Assembly: GCA_051313645.2 (NCBI GenBank)
Contig: JBNRSN020000012.1
Span: 28,024,001-28,088,000 of the forward strand
Source of the DNA: Centroscyllium fabricii
Taxonomy: Eukaryota
Direction of reading: 5' to 3'
DNA length: 64,000 nt
Part shown: positions 48,303-60,841 of the stretch, in pieces
Position numbering within the stretch: the stretch's first letter is position 1
Layout of the letters: every line of letters begins with the position of its first letter
The notes under the pieces: generated by a model
The model's input: the letters and a program-made list of their open reading frames with translations, nothing else
Told to the model about the DNA's origin: nothing
The model's database searches: none
Position numbers and translations under genes: made by a program

Positions 48303-48369
48303 AGCAAAGGAGCAACTAGATTAAAACAAAGAGGAAAAGCAGCCTTCATTTATTAAGCTCGAGGAACAG

Positions 48370-49636
48370 CAGGGTGCTACAAAAATATTTTTTTCACTTG
48401 CCCAGTCGGGCAAGTGGATTTCTAAAACACTTGCCCGAACACAAATTTCACTTGCCCGAAATTTTTAAAGAAATAAATAAAGATTTTACATTTTTATTAA
48501 AATGCTTCAATATAAAGCCATAGATTGTGATTGTGCCTTTAGTTGCATTGGCCCAGTTTCTGCCCCTCTCTACCAGGGTCTCTCTCTCTCTACTCTGAAC
48601 ATTCTTCCCTCATTTACCAAACTTTCTGTGAAGCCTACGCAGGCCGCGGAGTCCCTCATGCTCTCTCCCTGCCTTCCTTCGTCCAGCAGCCGCTCCGCTT
48701 TTTCTCTCCCCCTCAGCGGGTCGACGGCACCGACCCACTCTTGCCGCGCGCCACCAGCCCGCTCCACCTAACCTGACGGCTGCCCCGTCCCCTGATTGAC
48801 ACGCCGCCTCCTCCAATCCCCGTCGTGCCGCCCGGCCCCACCGGCCAATCCGCACCCACCTCCAGGGCAGGATCCACCCACCCGTTCCCGTGGCCTCGAT
48901 CATCGAGCGGGCAAGCGGTTTTGTCGTGCCCTGGATTCGGTCTCTGGGTGCCAGTGTCCCTGGATTCGGTCTCTGGGTGCCAGTGTCCCTGGATTTGGTC
49001 TTTGGGCACCAGTGTCCCTGGATTTGGTCTCTGGGTGTCAATGTCCCTGGATTCGGTCTCTGGGTATCAGTATCCCTTGATTCGGCAGACTGGCGACCTG
49101 TACCCCTAATGGGAGATGCATCAGGGCTCTGTCGGACTACTGACAAGCCCCACCCCCCGGAACACACACTGAAAAAGCTGCTGCGCCGCTCGCACTGTGG
49201 CCATGTGACATGGGCTGGCCCGCCAATCAACTGCCAGGGGGGCAGGGCCTGGGCGTGGCTCGGTAAGTTCAATGGTTCCCCTCTGCCACGGACGCAGTTT
49301 GAAGTGAGTTCACTGCTGGTTCGTGCTGCTGCGAGACGCTGAGGTGTTGCGGCGGCGGCCGGCCGGAGCGAGCTATGATTGGCCGAGCACGGGCAGGGGG
49401 CGGGGCGCAGGGCGGAACACGAGGAAACTGCCGGGCTGTGATTGGCCGAGCTCGGGCGGGGCAGAATTGAAAACCAATTGGCCGAGGCGCGCCCGGCCCC
49501 CCGGCCAATCCGCACTCGCCTCCAGGGCGGGATCCACCCACCTGTTCCCATGGCCTCGATCACTTGCCTGGTCGGGCAAGTAAGATTTTCATTTACTTGC
49601 CCCGGGCAAGCGGGCAAGCGGTTTTGTCACGCCCTT
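48370..49636. mobile_element. hAT-like non-autonomous DNA transposon with a duplicated right end, inside a PLE fragment (48353-50090)
   Basis: CAGGGTGCTACAAAA / TTTTGTCACGCCCT termini, subterminal cttgccc/gggcaag repeats, AACAG repeated at both junctions, 29-bp tandem array at 48929-49085. Confidence 0.7.
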
Positions 49637-50399
49637 AACAGCACCTCATCTTTCGCTTAGGCACTCTACAGCCCACTGGACTAAACATAGAGTTCAACAA
49701 TTTTAGATCTCAACCTTGGCCCTTACCACACTTTTTTAAATATATATATATTCTCTTTTTTTCAATCCACACTTTTGTCTTGGCTTTTTTCTTTACTCTG
49801 CCAGAGCCGTTCACACCTATCCTGAGCCATCCTGTGTTCCTTCAATTTCTCTGAATATCTCTTACCTTCCCCGCCTTCTAGCCTGTTGCTGATCTTTCCT
49901 CTGTTCTTTCAGCCGCCCCCCCTTTCCCCAGCCTCTACAAGCTTTAAAATCTATCCCCCCTCCTGGCTTCTCCAGTTCTGACGAAAGGTCTTCGACCTGA
50001 AATGTTAACTCTGTTTCTCTCTCCACCGATGCTGCCTGGACCTGCTGAGTTTTTCCAGCGTTTTCTGTTGTTATTTCATTTATTACGCACCTGATTCCGT
50101 CTCCCAGAAATGTCTGCAAGGCAATGAATCAGTTTGAAATGCCTTGACTGTTGGTTTGCAGGCAAACGTGGCAGCCATTTATCGCACAGCAGGATCCCAC
50201 AAGCTGCAGACGTTGAACGGTTAATCTGATTTTAATGGTATTGGCTGAGGGAAGAATGTTGGTCAGGGCACCATGAGAAGACCCTGCTCTTCTTTGAAGA
50301 GTGCCTTGTGAGCTCTTCGATGTTTCATCTGCCACCCCTGGAGCAGACAGACCGGCCCCGTGTTTAACATCTCATCCAAAGAAGGCTACCTCTGACAAG

Positions 50400-51372
50400 C
50401 GGCCTCCTCTACATTGGGGAGAACCAAACGCAGATTGGGTGACCGCTTTTTTGGAAAACCTCCGTTCAGTCCGCAAGGGGGACCCCGAGCTCCCGGTCGC
50501 CTGTCACTTTAACTCTCCGCTGGGCGGCACGGTGGCATAGTGGTTAGCACTGTTGCCTCACAGCGCCAGGGGCCCGGATTCAAATCCGGCCTCGGGTGAC
50601 TATCTGTGTGGAGTTTGCACATTCTCCCCGTGTCTGCGTGGGTTTCCTCCGGGTGCTCCGGTTTCCTCCCACAGTCCAAAGATGTGCAGGTTAGGTTGAT
50701 TGGCCAGGATAAATTGACCCTTAGTGTTAGGGGGGATTAAATATGTGGGGTTACGGGGATAGGGTGGGATATGTGTCGGTGCAGGCTCGATGGGCTGAAA
50801 TGGCCTCTATCTGCACTGTAGGGATTCTATGATTCACTCCCACTCTGATCTCTCTGTCCTTGGCCTCTTACATTGTTCCTCGGAAGCGCAGCGTAAACTC
50901 GAGGAACAACACCTCATCTTCCAATTAGGCACTTTACAGCCCTCCGGACTCAATATCGAGTTCAACAATTTCAGACCATAACTTCAGCCCCCATTATATT
51001 TTTACCTATTTTTATCCACACCTTTTATTTGGTATTTTTTTCTCTCTCTCTCGTGGTAGCCGCCTCCCATTCTGCCAGTGCTTTTCACGCCTAATCTATC
51101 GCTGTCGCCTGTCCACAGCCCCATCAGCATCTCGTCTCATTTTGAAAACCTCTTAATGTCTTTTCTCTTTTGTTTTCTCTTCCCTTTGGTTCCCTCCCAG
51201 CTCCCCCGGCCTTCTCACCTCTTTCATTTCCTGGCTTCAGTCTTGACAAAGGGTCCTGACCCGAAATGTCAACTCTTCATTTCTCTCCACCGATGTTGCC
51301 TGGCCTGCTGAGTTTTTCCAGCATTTTCTGTTGTTATTTCAGATTTCCAGCATCTGCAGTATTTTGCTATCA
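50400..51372 (+). mobile_element. PLE 3' fragment interrupted by an HE1 V-SINE (50522-50835)
   Basis: GIY-YIG remnant LRSVRKGDPELPVACHFNS|...RKLEEQHL followed by a PLE UTR. Confidence 0.8.
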
Positions 51373-51946
51373 TGCCTCTGACAAGGCTGCACTCTCTCAG
51401 TATTTCAGCACAGTGTTAGCCTAGTTCACGTGGGGTTTGAACCTGCATCTTTCTGATTCAGAGGCAAGCGTCAACTAAGCCAGACCAATGCCAAGCAACT
51501 TGACTGTTCAGTCTCTTCCCCCACCCCCCCTCCTCCGAACTCTGTTGGACTGTAAGATCTAATGTGATAAGTCACTATTCTTTAAGGCCTGTGAAACCAG
51601 AACTGCTTCGAGAACAAAGGTTTTGCTTTTGTGCTGTGTGAACCTTTACGCAGTTTTGAAAGTTATTTTTTAAAGTAGGGCGGAATTTCTGCTTTTTGTT
51701 GAAAGTGTTCTCATTATAAACAGAAGAAAGACTTGCATTTATACAGCACCTTTCACGACCTCGGGACGTTCCAAACATGGTGGGACCCAGCTCCAAACAC
51801 CAGTCTTCCGGAATCTTCTGGAATCAGACCTAAGCAAGTACCGGTATACAAGCCGCAGAAGGGCTGGTGTGGGAATCGGAAAATCTATATCGGTGCAATA
51901 TGGGTAGTCCCCTGAGGTTGGGCAGAGCAGAAGAGGCTTTACACTG

Positions 51947-52163
51947 TGTGGTAATATTGAACAGACTTCCGGGGGAAGACTAAGGGGTGAACTCTGTACA
52001 TGTCACTTCCTGTTTCCTGTTACTATAAATACTGGAACTGCTCAGTATGGGGAGAAAGCTTCACCTGGAAGCATGGTAAAACCCGTCTTTGTACATAGTG
52101 ATAATGTAGTGGATTAAAGCTTTGCTTTAAGTTATTGATGTATCAGACTCCATTATTACATCA
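51947..52163 (+). mobile_element. Solo LTR (217 bp)
   Basis: TG...CA termini, 5-bp TSD CACTG (51942-51946 / 52164-52168), TATAAA at about 52024 and ATTAAA at about 52113. Confidence 0.75.
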
Positions 52164-52390
52164 CACTGCATCGACCCCATGCTGTACAGGCCCTGGGAAC
52201 ATCCCATGCGAACTCTTGGTACCAGATGTGGAAAAGTGTTCTGCTACTCTGCGACCGATGTCCTTCACCCTGATGAGCCTTAAAAGACTCCTAAAATGCA
52301 CTGGTTCTTGGAGTTGACTTGGTGAAGGCACAGGATCGTTACAGGCAGAACATAGTCAACAGACACGGTTACAACTGCATTAGTGCTAGG

Positions 52391-52843
52391 ACATAAGAAC
52401 ATAAGAAGTAGGAGCAGGGGTAGGCCATTGGGCCCCTCGGGCCTGCTCCGCCATTCAATAGGATCATGGCTGATCCGAACTTAGTCTCAGGTCCACTTCC
52501 CTGCCCGCTCCCCGTAACCCCTTATTCCCTTAACAGCTAGGAAACTGTCTATCTCCGTTTTAAACATGTTTAATGTCGCAGCTTCCACAGCTCTTTGAGG
52601 TAGCAAATTCCATAGATTTACTACCCTCTGAGTGACGGAGTTTCTCCTCATCTCAGTTTTGAAAGGGCAGCCCCTTACTCTAAGATTATGCCCCCTAGTT
52701 CTAGCCTCGGCCATCAGTGGAAACATCCTCGCCGCATCCACCCGATCAAGCCCCCTCACAATCTTATATGGTTCGATAAGATCGCCTCTCATTCTTCTGA
52801 ATTCCAATGAGTAGAGGCCCAACCTACTCAACCTTTCCTCATA
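52391..52843 (-). mobile_element. CR1 3' fragment
   Basis: ORF 52487-52831 RLGLYSLEFRRMRGDLIE... Confidence 0.85.
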
Positions 52844-52904
52844 TGCTCTTTATGGTTAGAGAGGAAACAGGATGCGCAGTTCATCGAGCTTCATGGTTTG
52901 GGAA

Positions 52905-53110
52905 CTTAAGTGTGCGTGCGCACTGTTTGTGTGTGCACGCGTGTACATGCGTGTACGCACTGTTTATGTGTGCATGCACGCATGTGCCTGTGTGCATTGT
53001 TTATGTGTGCACTTTTTAGTTGTGCCTGTGCATTATAATTTGTTTATGTGTGTGTGTCTGCACATGTGCATTGTTGCTCTGCACGTGCATATTGTTTGTG
53101 TGTTTGTGAA
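52905..53110. repeat. Degenerate (TG)n-rich low-complexity tract
   Basis: gtgtgc / tgtgca repeats. Confidence 0.7.
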
Positions 53111-53564
53111 ATTAAGTGAGAACATGCAGCTGGTGATGGAGCCTGGAGTTAGTACCGGGGCTCATTACAATGGAAGGCCTTTTATGGCGCTTGGTTGTAT
53201 TTCCTGAGGAAACGTGTCAAGATGCTTTGGGGCTCAGTTGATTCAGGGCAAAGTTCAGCTTTAGGATATTGGTTGTTTTATTTTAGAATTTTTTTCCTCA
53301 CTTGGAAATGCCAGGAATTCACCAGCTGCTCTTGTGTTGTGTGTGTCTCCGCCCCCCCCCCCCCCACACCGCCACCCCACCACCCTCACCTTATTTCACA
53401 GAGCGGGAGAGGGAATTCTGTTTAAAAGTCCTTCACTGAACAGGATCTGTTTCATATTACACTCCATTTGCAGGCAGCCTTTATCTGCTGAACTCCACAG
53501 TCCTCGTTAATTGTTCTGTGTCTCTGTGCAGTGTCTGTCAGCCCTTAATACGGCCAACATCTCA

Positions 53565-54040
53565 TATGATACCTGGGATGGCAGGAATGACGTATGAGGA
53601 GAGAGTGGGTCGATTGGGCTTGTACTCGTTGGAGTTTAGAAGAATGAGAGGGGATCTCATTGAAACTTATAAAATTCTAAAAGGACTGGACAGACTAGAT
53701 GCAGGAAGGATGTTCCTGATGGTCGGGGAGTCCAGAGCCAGGGGTCACAGTCCAAGGATAAGGGATAAGCCATTTAGAACAGAGATGAGGAGGAATTTCT
53801 TCACCCAGAGAGTGGTGAACCTGTGGCATTCTCTACCACAGAAGGCCGTAGAGGCCAATTAAATAAATATATTCACAAAGGAGTTCGATATATTTCTTAA
53901 GGCTAAAGGGATCAAGGGATATGGGGAGAAGGCATGGACAGGGTACTGAATTTGGATGATCAGCCATGATCTCATTGAATGGCGGAGCAGGCTCGTGGGG
54001 CCGAATGGCCTACTCCTGCTCCTATCTTCTATGTTTCTAT
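53565..54040 (+). mobile_element. CR1 3' fragment
   Basis: IPGMAGMTYEER...RGDLIETYK and tail. Confidence 0.85.
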
Positions 54041-54275
54041 AAGGCCATGGGTGCACTTTTGCCTCGGAGTCAGAAGGTTGTGGGTTAAAGTCCCACTCTA
54101 TATAACTGAGCATATAATTCAGACTGACACTTTAGTGCTGCACTTTCTTTTGAATGCGGCTTTCGACCGAGGTCCCCTCTGTCCCGTCAGGTGGACATTA
54201 AAAGTTCCCATGACACTATTTCATCGACGAGCAGGGGAGTTCTCCCAGGTGTCCTAGCCTCAACCAACATCACTA

Positions 54276-54734
54276 TAGGTCTGGCACCATTAATCCGGAC
54301 ACCGGTAATCTTCAGTCGTCTGGAACGAATCCGGCCGACTGGTCTGCGCATGCGCAAAATGGCTGCCGCGCTTGGCTGCGCATGCCCGGGTCTCTCCCTG
54401 ACTGCTTTGCGCATGCGCAAAATGGCCACCGCGCTTGGCTTTCAATGCCCGGGCCTCTCCCCGACTGGTCTGCGCATGCGCAAAATGGCCACCGCGCTTC
54501 GCTGCGCATGCGCAAAATGGCCACCGCACTTGGCTGCACATGCTCGGGCCTCTCCCCGAACGATTGATGCTTCGGCGAGCGCATGCGCAGACCATTCAAA
54601 ATGGCCACCGGCCTTCACGGCAGCCATTTTGAATGGTCTGCGCATGCGCTCGCCGAAGCATCAATCGTTGGGATTTTTCACTCGTCCGGCAGCGGCCTGG
54701 TCCCACCGGTACCGGATTAATGGTGTCGGACCTG
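54276..54734. mobile_element. Tc1/pogo-like MITE with gcgcatgcgc/aaaatggc repeats, inside a DeuSINE (54045-54760)
   Basis: TA|(t)AGGTC...GACCTG|TA; interior related to the 11988 and 43871 copies. Confidence 0.8.
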
Positions 54735-55997
54735 TACAACAGATTATCTGGTCTGATGCAGCTTGCAATGTCACAGAGAGCTGAAACCTGATTTACAGCC
54801 CACACCTAAGATTTTAGGAAATGCCCTTGTGACAAGCAATAAATAACCCCAAATGTTTTTTTCCCCAAATGAAAATTCTTGTTACTGAAATGACCTCGAG
54901 CGTACAGATCTCGAACCGATTCCCAGCAGGACACCTGATTTACAGCCATCGGGACCAGGTAGATGTTAGGAGTGGCAGTCATGATTGGAGAGAATGAGAC
55001 AGATTACAAACCCAGTCAATCATATGTGCAGGTTGCGTTTTGTTTTCAGAGTGACAGACATAAAAAAAGGTCACACCTTTAACTCTTTTTAATGACTACT
55101 TTCAAGGGCATACGGGTGAGACCGCCTCGTAATATGCTGGTTTGCACGGCCAGACAATTATATCTTGAGTGGCAGTCATGCCAATGTGGTGAGCAATTAA
55201 AAACATTCAGTGAAACTAGAAACATAGAAGATAGGAGCAGGAGTAGGCCATTTGGTCCCTCGAGCCTGCTCCGCCATGCTAGACTGGTGGAGACGCCCTG
55301 CCATCAGGATGGCCAACTCTGGTTGAACATATTCCTGGGGGTTTCATCACACGACCTCACATGGTGAGCGGGCAGGTAAGTGGACGTGAGGCTAGGTTCA
55401 GATCGGCCACATGCTCTCCTGGACCAGTTTTCGATCGCCTAGATGGGTCGGGGAGGAATTTCCCAGATTTTTTCTCCCAAATTGGCTACTGGGTTTTTAA
55501 TCTGGTTTTTCGCCTCTCCCGGGTGATCACATGGGTTTGGGCGGGATGGAGCGTAAAAATAAAATTGAGGTTAGGATCAGATCAGCCATGATCTTGTTGA
55601 ATGGCGGAGCAGGCTCGAAGGGCCGAATGGCCTACTCCTGCTCCTATCTTCTATGTTTCTAACAACATAGTGGGTGTACCTACACCATATGGACTGCAGC
55701 GGTTCAAGAAGGCGGCTCACCACCATCTTCTCAAGGGCAATTAGGGATGGGCACTAAATGCAGGCCTAGCCAGCCAGCGACGCCCACATCCCATCAACGA
55801 ATAATTAAAAAAAAAAAATCCTGTCGGCACCTTATTGATATATTTTTCATTGTGTGGGGGTGGGGTAAGGTGGGGGGAGAGCGGCGTTATGTTCTTGCTG
55901 AAGACAGTGAGCCTGTGTCCCTGGAAGGGGGCCAAGTAGATGCAGAGCTGGACCCCAAAGCACTGCCAGTCCTTGCAAGGCCCCTGTGCCCTCTATT

Positions 55998-56817
55998 GGG
56001 CCAGAAATTCAGGTTGGAGGCTTCCCACGAGTGCAAGCCTCCAACCCACACTTACGGACCGCGCCGACCGTTGATCATTGCACCTGCATGGCATTCCGAT
56101 GTTGGGTTCTCCTGAAGTGCCGGCGCACTGTGCTGCTGGATTTGAGCGACGAAGATAGTGCGAGATATCGCGCGGGATCACGTGGGCCGCGGAGAGCCGA
56201 TTCCGCGGCCCACGTGATCCCGCGCGATATCTCGCACTATCTTCGTCGCTCAAATCCAGCAGCACAGAATGCTCCATTCATAAGTTTGACAGGAAAACCT
56301 GTCCAGCTTATGAATACTACGTCCCCAAAACATCACTATATCTTAAAATATATTTTTTTTAAATCACATTTTTTTAAATAACTATCAATTATACAAATGA
56401 GCTATTTTAAATAAAAATTTAAAATGTTGAAAAAAAGAATTAAAGTATTTAACGGGGCTAAAAATCAACTTACCTTTCTTTAAAGTATTTAAAAATAAAA
56501 AACCTGTGGAATTTTTTTTTTAAATTGAATTAATTCACCACTTACCTTCTGAAAAGGGATCTTTGCGCATGAAAGTAGGAGCCGTATCTTTTTCCTTACT
56601 TACCCGCGCACAGACCTGTAAAAAAAAAAATCGGAAGTCCATTGTGCACGCGTTGCCGCGCCGCGCACACGTTCCAACCCCTGACCCCTTCTGTCAGGGG
56701 ATCAGAAGTGCCGGTTTCGCGCGCATGCGCTGTGCATGCACGAAACCGGCACTTCGGATGGGCCTACGGGTGAGTACCCAGCGCGGACTCACGCGTTGGG
56801 AATGGAATTCCTGGGCC
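55998..56817. mobile_element. Harbinger-like MITE (family B) with an internal perfect hairpin
   Basis: gggccagaaattc ... gaattcctgggcc termini; collinear with 8735-9497. Confidence 0.8.
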
Positions 56818-57139
56818 AATATGAATGATCAAAGGCATGTAAAGGGTTAAAAAGTACTATTTCTCAATAGTTCTCTCAACTTCGAAGGACTAGAAAGGCT
56901 TGTTTAACCAGTCCTGAAATAGAATAGCAAGCAGAAGAAAGCGAGAAGTCCAACATGGATGAATGGTAGTCTGGAAGTTACGGTGTGAGATGCTCAGTAA
57001 GGCAGTGTAGGTTCAAGGTCATGTCCCAGTAAAAGCTGCTAAAGTTTGTCTGTTCTGGGATGTCAGTAAATTAGAATGACTCACACTGGAAGCCAAGATA
57101 AAGTCTCAAGTCACCCACATCCCCAAACTACCACAACCG

Positions 57140-57420
57140 CTTGCATTTTATACAGTGTCTTTTACGTAATAAAACATCCCAAGCTGCTTCACAGGAGCGT
57201 TATCGGACAGCGTTTGACACCGAGCCACATAAGGAGATATTAGGACAGGGCATGGTCAGAGAGGTGGGTTTTAAGGAGAATCTTAAAGGAGGGGAGAGAG
57301 GTGGCGAGGTTTAGGGAGCAAATTCCAGAGCTTGGGGTCCAGGTAGCTGAAGGCACGGCCGCCAATGGTGGAGCGATGTAAATTGGGGAAATGCGGAAGA
57401 GGGCAGAACTGGACACGATT
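57140..57420 (-). mobile_element. L2 3' fragment
   Basis: Reverse complement of ccaccattggcggccgtgccttcagc...aagctctggaat and the L2 tail. Confidence 0.65.
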
Positions 57421-58067
57421 GCGTGGAGAGCTCGGGGCAAGTGAGGCCCAAGACTTCCTTGTCAGGCCCGGAGGATCACTCTTGCTCCTGCTGGCCCATA
57501 AGGAAACCTAAAATAAAATGTTAAAACCTACCTTGCTTGGGCCTCATCTGGCCCACAATCCACCTCCCGGCAGGTTTGACCTAACCGGGTGCTCCCCTGC
57601 CCCCCCCACCCCCCGGCTCAGGCCTCTGACTAAAATTCCCGATCTGCATATTTAAAGCCGGATATCCCCGCCACCTTCCTGCGCATGTCCCGCTCGTCTG
57701 TTGAAATCCACCTCCCGGGACTTGGTGTTGAATCGCTGTGGCAAGGCAAGCGGCCTGACTGTCATCCTCTTCAAACAGGTGAGCTGTCTGTGGAGGCGGG
57801 GCGGGCACCGGCAGCTCGCCCAAACAATACTAATGAGGCCTGAGGCCTAATTTTGGGCCCTCTTCGGGCCTACTGCTGGGGACACAGAAAGTGCATGGCG
57901 CCCACTTCAGGCTCGAAAACGGGCCTAAAGGAACTTTCACCCCCCCTAATAGTTTCAGTCCTGGCCTTTTGAGAAACCATTACAACAACAAAAAATGCTC
58001 CTAATATTGATCTATCAAAGTAGCTATTCATCCTTGCTTTACCGAAGTACATGAGGGAGAAAGGAAT

Positions 58068-59193
58068 AGCAGTTCAGAGAAGGTTCACTCGGTTGATTCC
58101 GGAGATGAAGGGGTTGACTTATGAGGGAAGGTTGAGTAGGTTGGGCCCCTACTCATTGGAATTCAGAAGAGTGAGAGGCGATCTTATCGAAACATATAAG
58201 ATTGTGAGGGGGCTTGATCGGGTGGATCTGGTGAGGATGTTTCCATTGATGGGTGAGTCTAGAACTAGAGGGCATAATCTGAGAATAAGGGGCTGCCCTT
58301 TCAAAACTGAGATGAGGAGGAACTTCTTCACTCAGAGGGTGGTGAATCTATGGAATTTGCTGCCTCAGAGAGCTGTGGAAGCTGCGACATTAAATAAATT
58401 TAAAACAGAGATAGACAGTTTCCTTGCTGATAAGGGAATAAGGGGTTACGGGGAGCGGGCAGGGAAACATAAGAAACATAAGAAATAGGAGCAGGAGTAG
58501 GCCAATTGGCCCCTCGAGCCTGCTCCGCCATTCAACAAGATCATGGCTGATCTGATCCTAACCTCAAATCTACTTTCACTCTCCATCCCGCCGGAACCCA
58601 TGCGATCTCCCGGGAGAGGCGAAAAAACAGACAAAAACCCATTGGCCAATTTGGGAGAAGAAATCTGGGAAAATTCCTCTCCGACCCATCTAGGCGATCA
58701 AAACTTGTCCAGGAGATCACATTGCCGATCTGAACCTAGCCTCACGTCCACTTACCTACCTGCTCACCGTAACCCCTAATTCCCTTTACTTCCAAGAAAC
58801 TGTCAATCTCGGTTTTAAATTTATTCAAAGTGGCAGCTTCCACAGCTCTCTGGGGCAGCAAATTCCACAGACCTAACACCCTCTGAGTGAAGAAGTTTCT
58901 TCTCATCTCAGTTTTGAAAGGGCAGCCCCTTATTCTCAGATTATACCCCCTAGTTCTAGTCTCACCCATCAGTGGAAACATCCTCAGCGCATCCACCCGA
59001 TCAATCCCCTTCACAATCTTATATGTTTCGATAAGATCGCCTCTCACTCTTCTGAACTTCAATGAGTAGAGACCCAACCTACTCAACCTTTCCTCATAAG
59101 GAAGTTCAGATCAGCCATGATCCTATTGAATGGCGGAGCAGGCCCGAAGGGCTGTATGGCCTACTCCTGCTCCTACTTCTTATGTTCTTATGT
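58068..59193. mobile_element. + strand CR1 3' fragment with a related CR1 (58466-59098) inserted in the opposite orientation
   Basis: ORFs 58051-58488 (+) and 58742-59086 (-) encode near-identical peptides; the host tail resumes at about 59101. Confidence 0.85.
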
Positions 59194-59344
59194 CCAGTCG
59201 CTCAGTGATGGGGAAGGAGAAAGCTCATTCTTGATATCGATCAGAATTGCTGGCTAAGGTTTCCACTATCAGTAGTTGTTTTTGCACGAATTTCTCAAAA
59301 CTAGAAGAAGACTCATGGATGACTCTCGTGGTGTTTCCGTTTAA

Positions 59345-59473
<129 letters not shown>

Positions 59474-60841
59474 TAAGACTACTAGCAGACCCAGTTGCAC
59501 ATTCCTGTACATCTGTACACGCAATGTGTTCCACAGCCTTGCTAGGAGCTTGAACCGTGCACGTCCCTGGTAAGGTGAGAGGTGACTGACCGTGCCAGGG
59601 GGGAAAAAGATGGAACAGTTCTTTATCGGGACGGCCAGTCACCGCATCCAGTAATGCAGGTCGGATATGGCGCAGGTCCAGCACGGTGAAGAGTTTCCTT
59701 TGCATTAGCATCGCCGGCGGTGCCTCTCCGACTTGGAAGAGCGCCAGGGTTTGTCCTACCCTCTGTTCTCATTGGTTCTCAAAGCTGGCGTTGCTCAAGT
59801 TGGAGACGAATTCAGGGCAGTTTTGTGGCGTGGGTTGTGCCCACTGGGAACGGGATTGAGAAGTGGCTAATTGCCCTTCACCTGCTGACTCTTTGGCGGA
59901 ATAACCCCCTTTCCCCCCCCCCCCGCCCCCCCCCCCCACCGTCTCCCTTCCAGGCCTGGATCCGAACCCAAGTCTCCAAGGTGAAAGGGTAGTTCTCTGG
60001 TGTTTCCCCCCCCGGCACCCCAGCCATGCAATTTGGTCGCCCTAAATAAATACTTTTACATTTTCCTGACTTCTTGCTCTTGTTTAATTTCAAATGCAAC
60101 AGTTGAGAAGATGCTTGTGTGAGCAAAAGTAGTACGCACAAAGAATGATCCAAAAAATAAAATGGTTTTCGCTCCGTGCTAGCTTGCAGGCTTAGAATTC
60201 TGGAACCAGTAAGACTTCTGTTATGTGCTATAGGGAATATTTTAAAATTCCGTTGAGATCTGGTAAAGCATCTTGCAAGTGCCTTTGGCAGATTTAGAAG
60301 TTGAAGGCACAGACATAAGATGTGACTGAGGTTGCAATAAGATTGTTGGGACAGCCCAACGCAATTTTAGTCTCGAAAGGATTTTCTCCAGGATGGCCAC
60401 CAAATTCTCAATGCTATAAAGGCAGACTTTTATCTCCTTAATGGGGCGCCTCACTACTTCCATATCTGTGTGTCTCGTGCTTTTAAATCAGTGGTCGGAG
60501 ACCAGCCTGAAAGCAGATATTCTGAACACCACCCATCTCCAGAGAGGGCATGAATCGAAAGTGCTGCTCTCAGCCTTTTGCCCTTTATTGCCTCAATTTT
60601 AAAATTCTCATCCTCTTGTTCATATCCTTCCATGGCCTCTCCCCCTCCGTCTCTGTGTAACCTCCTCCAGCCCTACAACCCTCCGAGAAGTCTGCGTTCC
60701 TCTGACTTCTGGCGTCTTCGTCCCACTATTGGTGGCCGTGCCTTCAACCATCTTGACCCTAAACTCGGAAACTCCCCCTTTAAACCTCTCTCCGCCTCTC
60801 CATTCTCCTTTAAGACGCTCCTTAAAACCTACCTCTTCAAC

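Noticed and set aside
48610-49617. 335-aa ORF as a transposase
   Set aside because: No DDE or zinc-finger motifs; it is a GC-rich, tandem-repeat-driven open frame.
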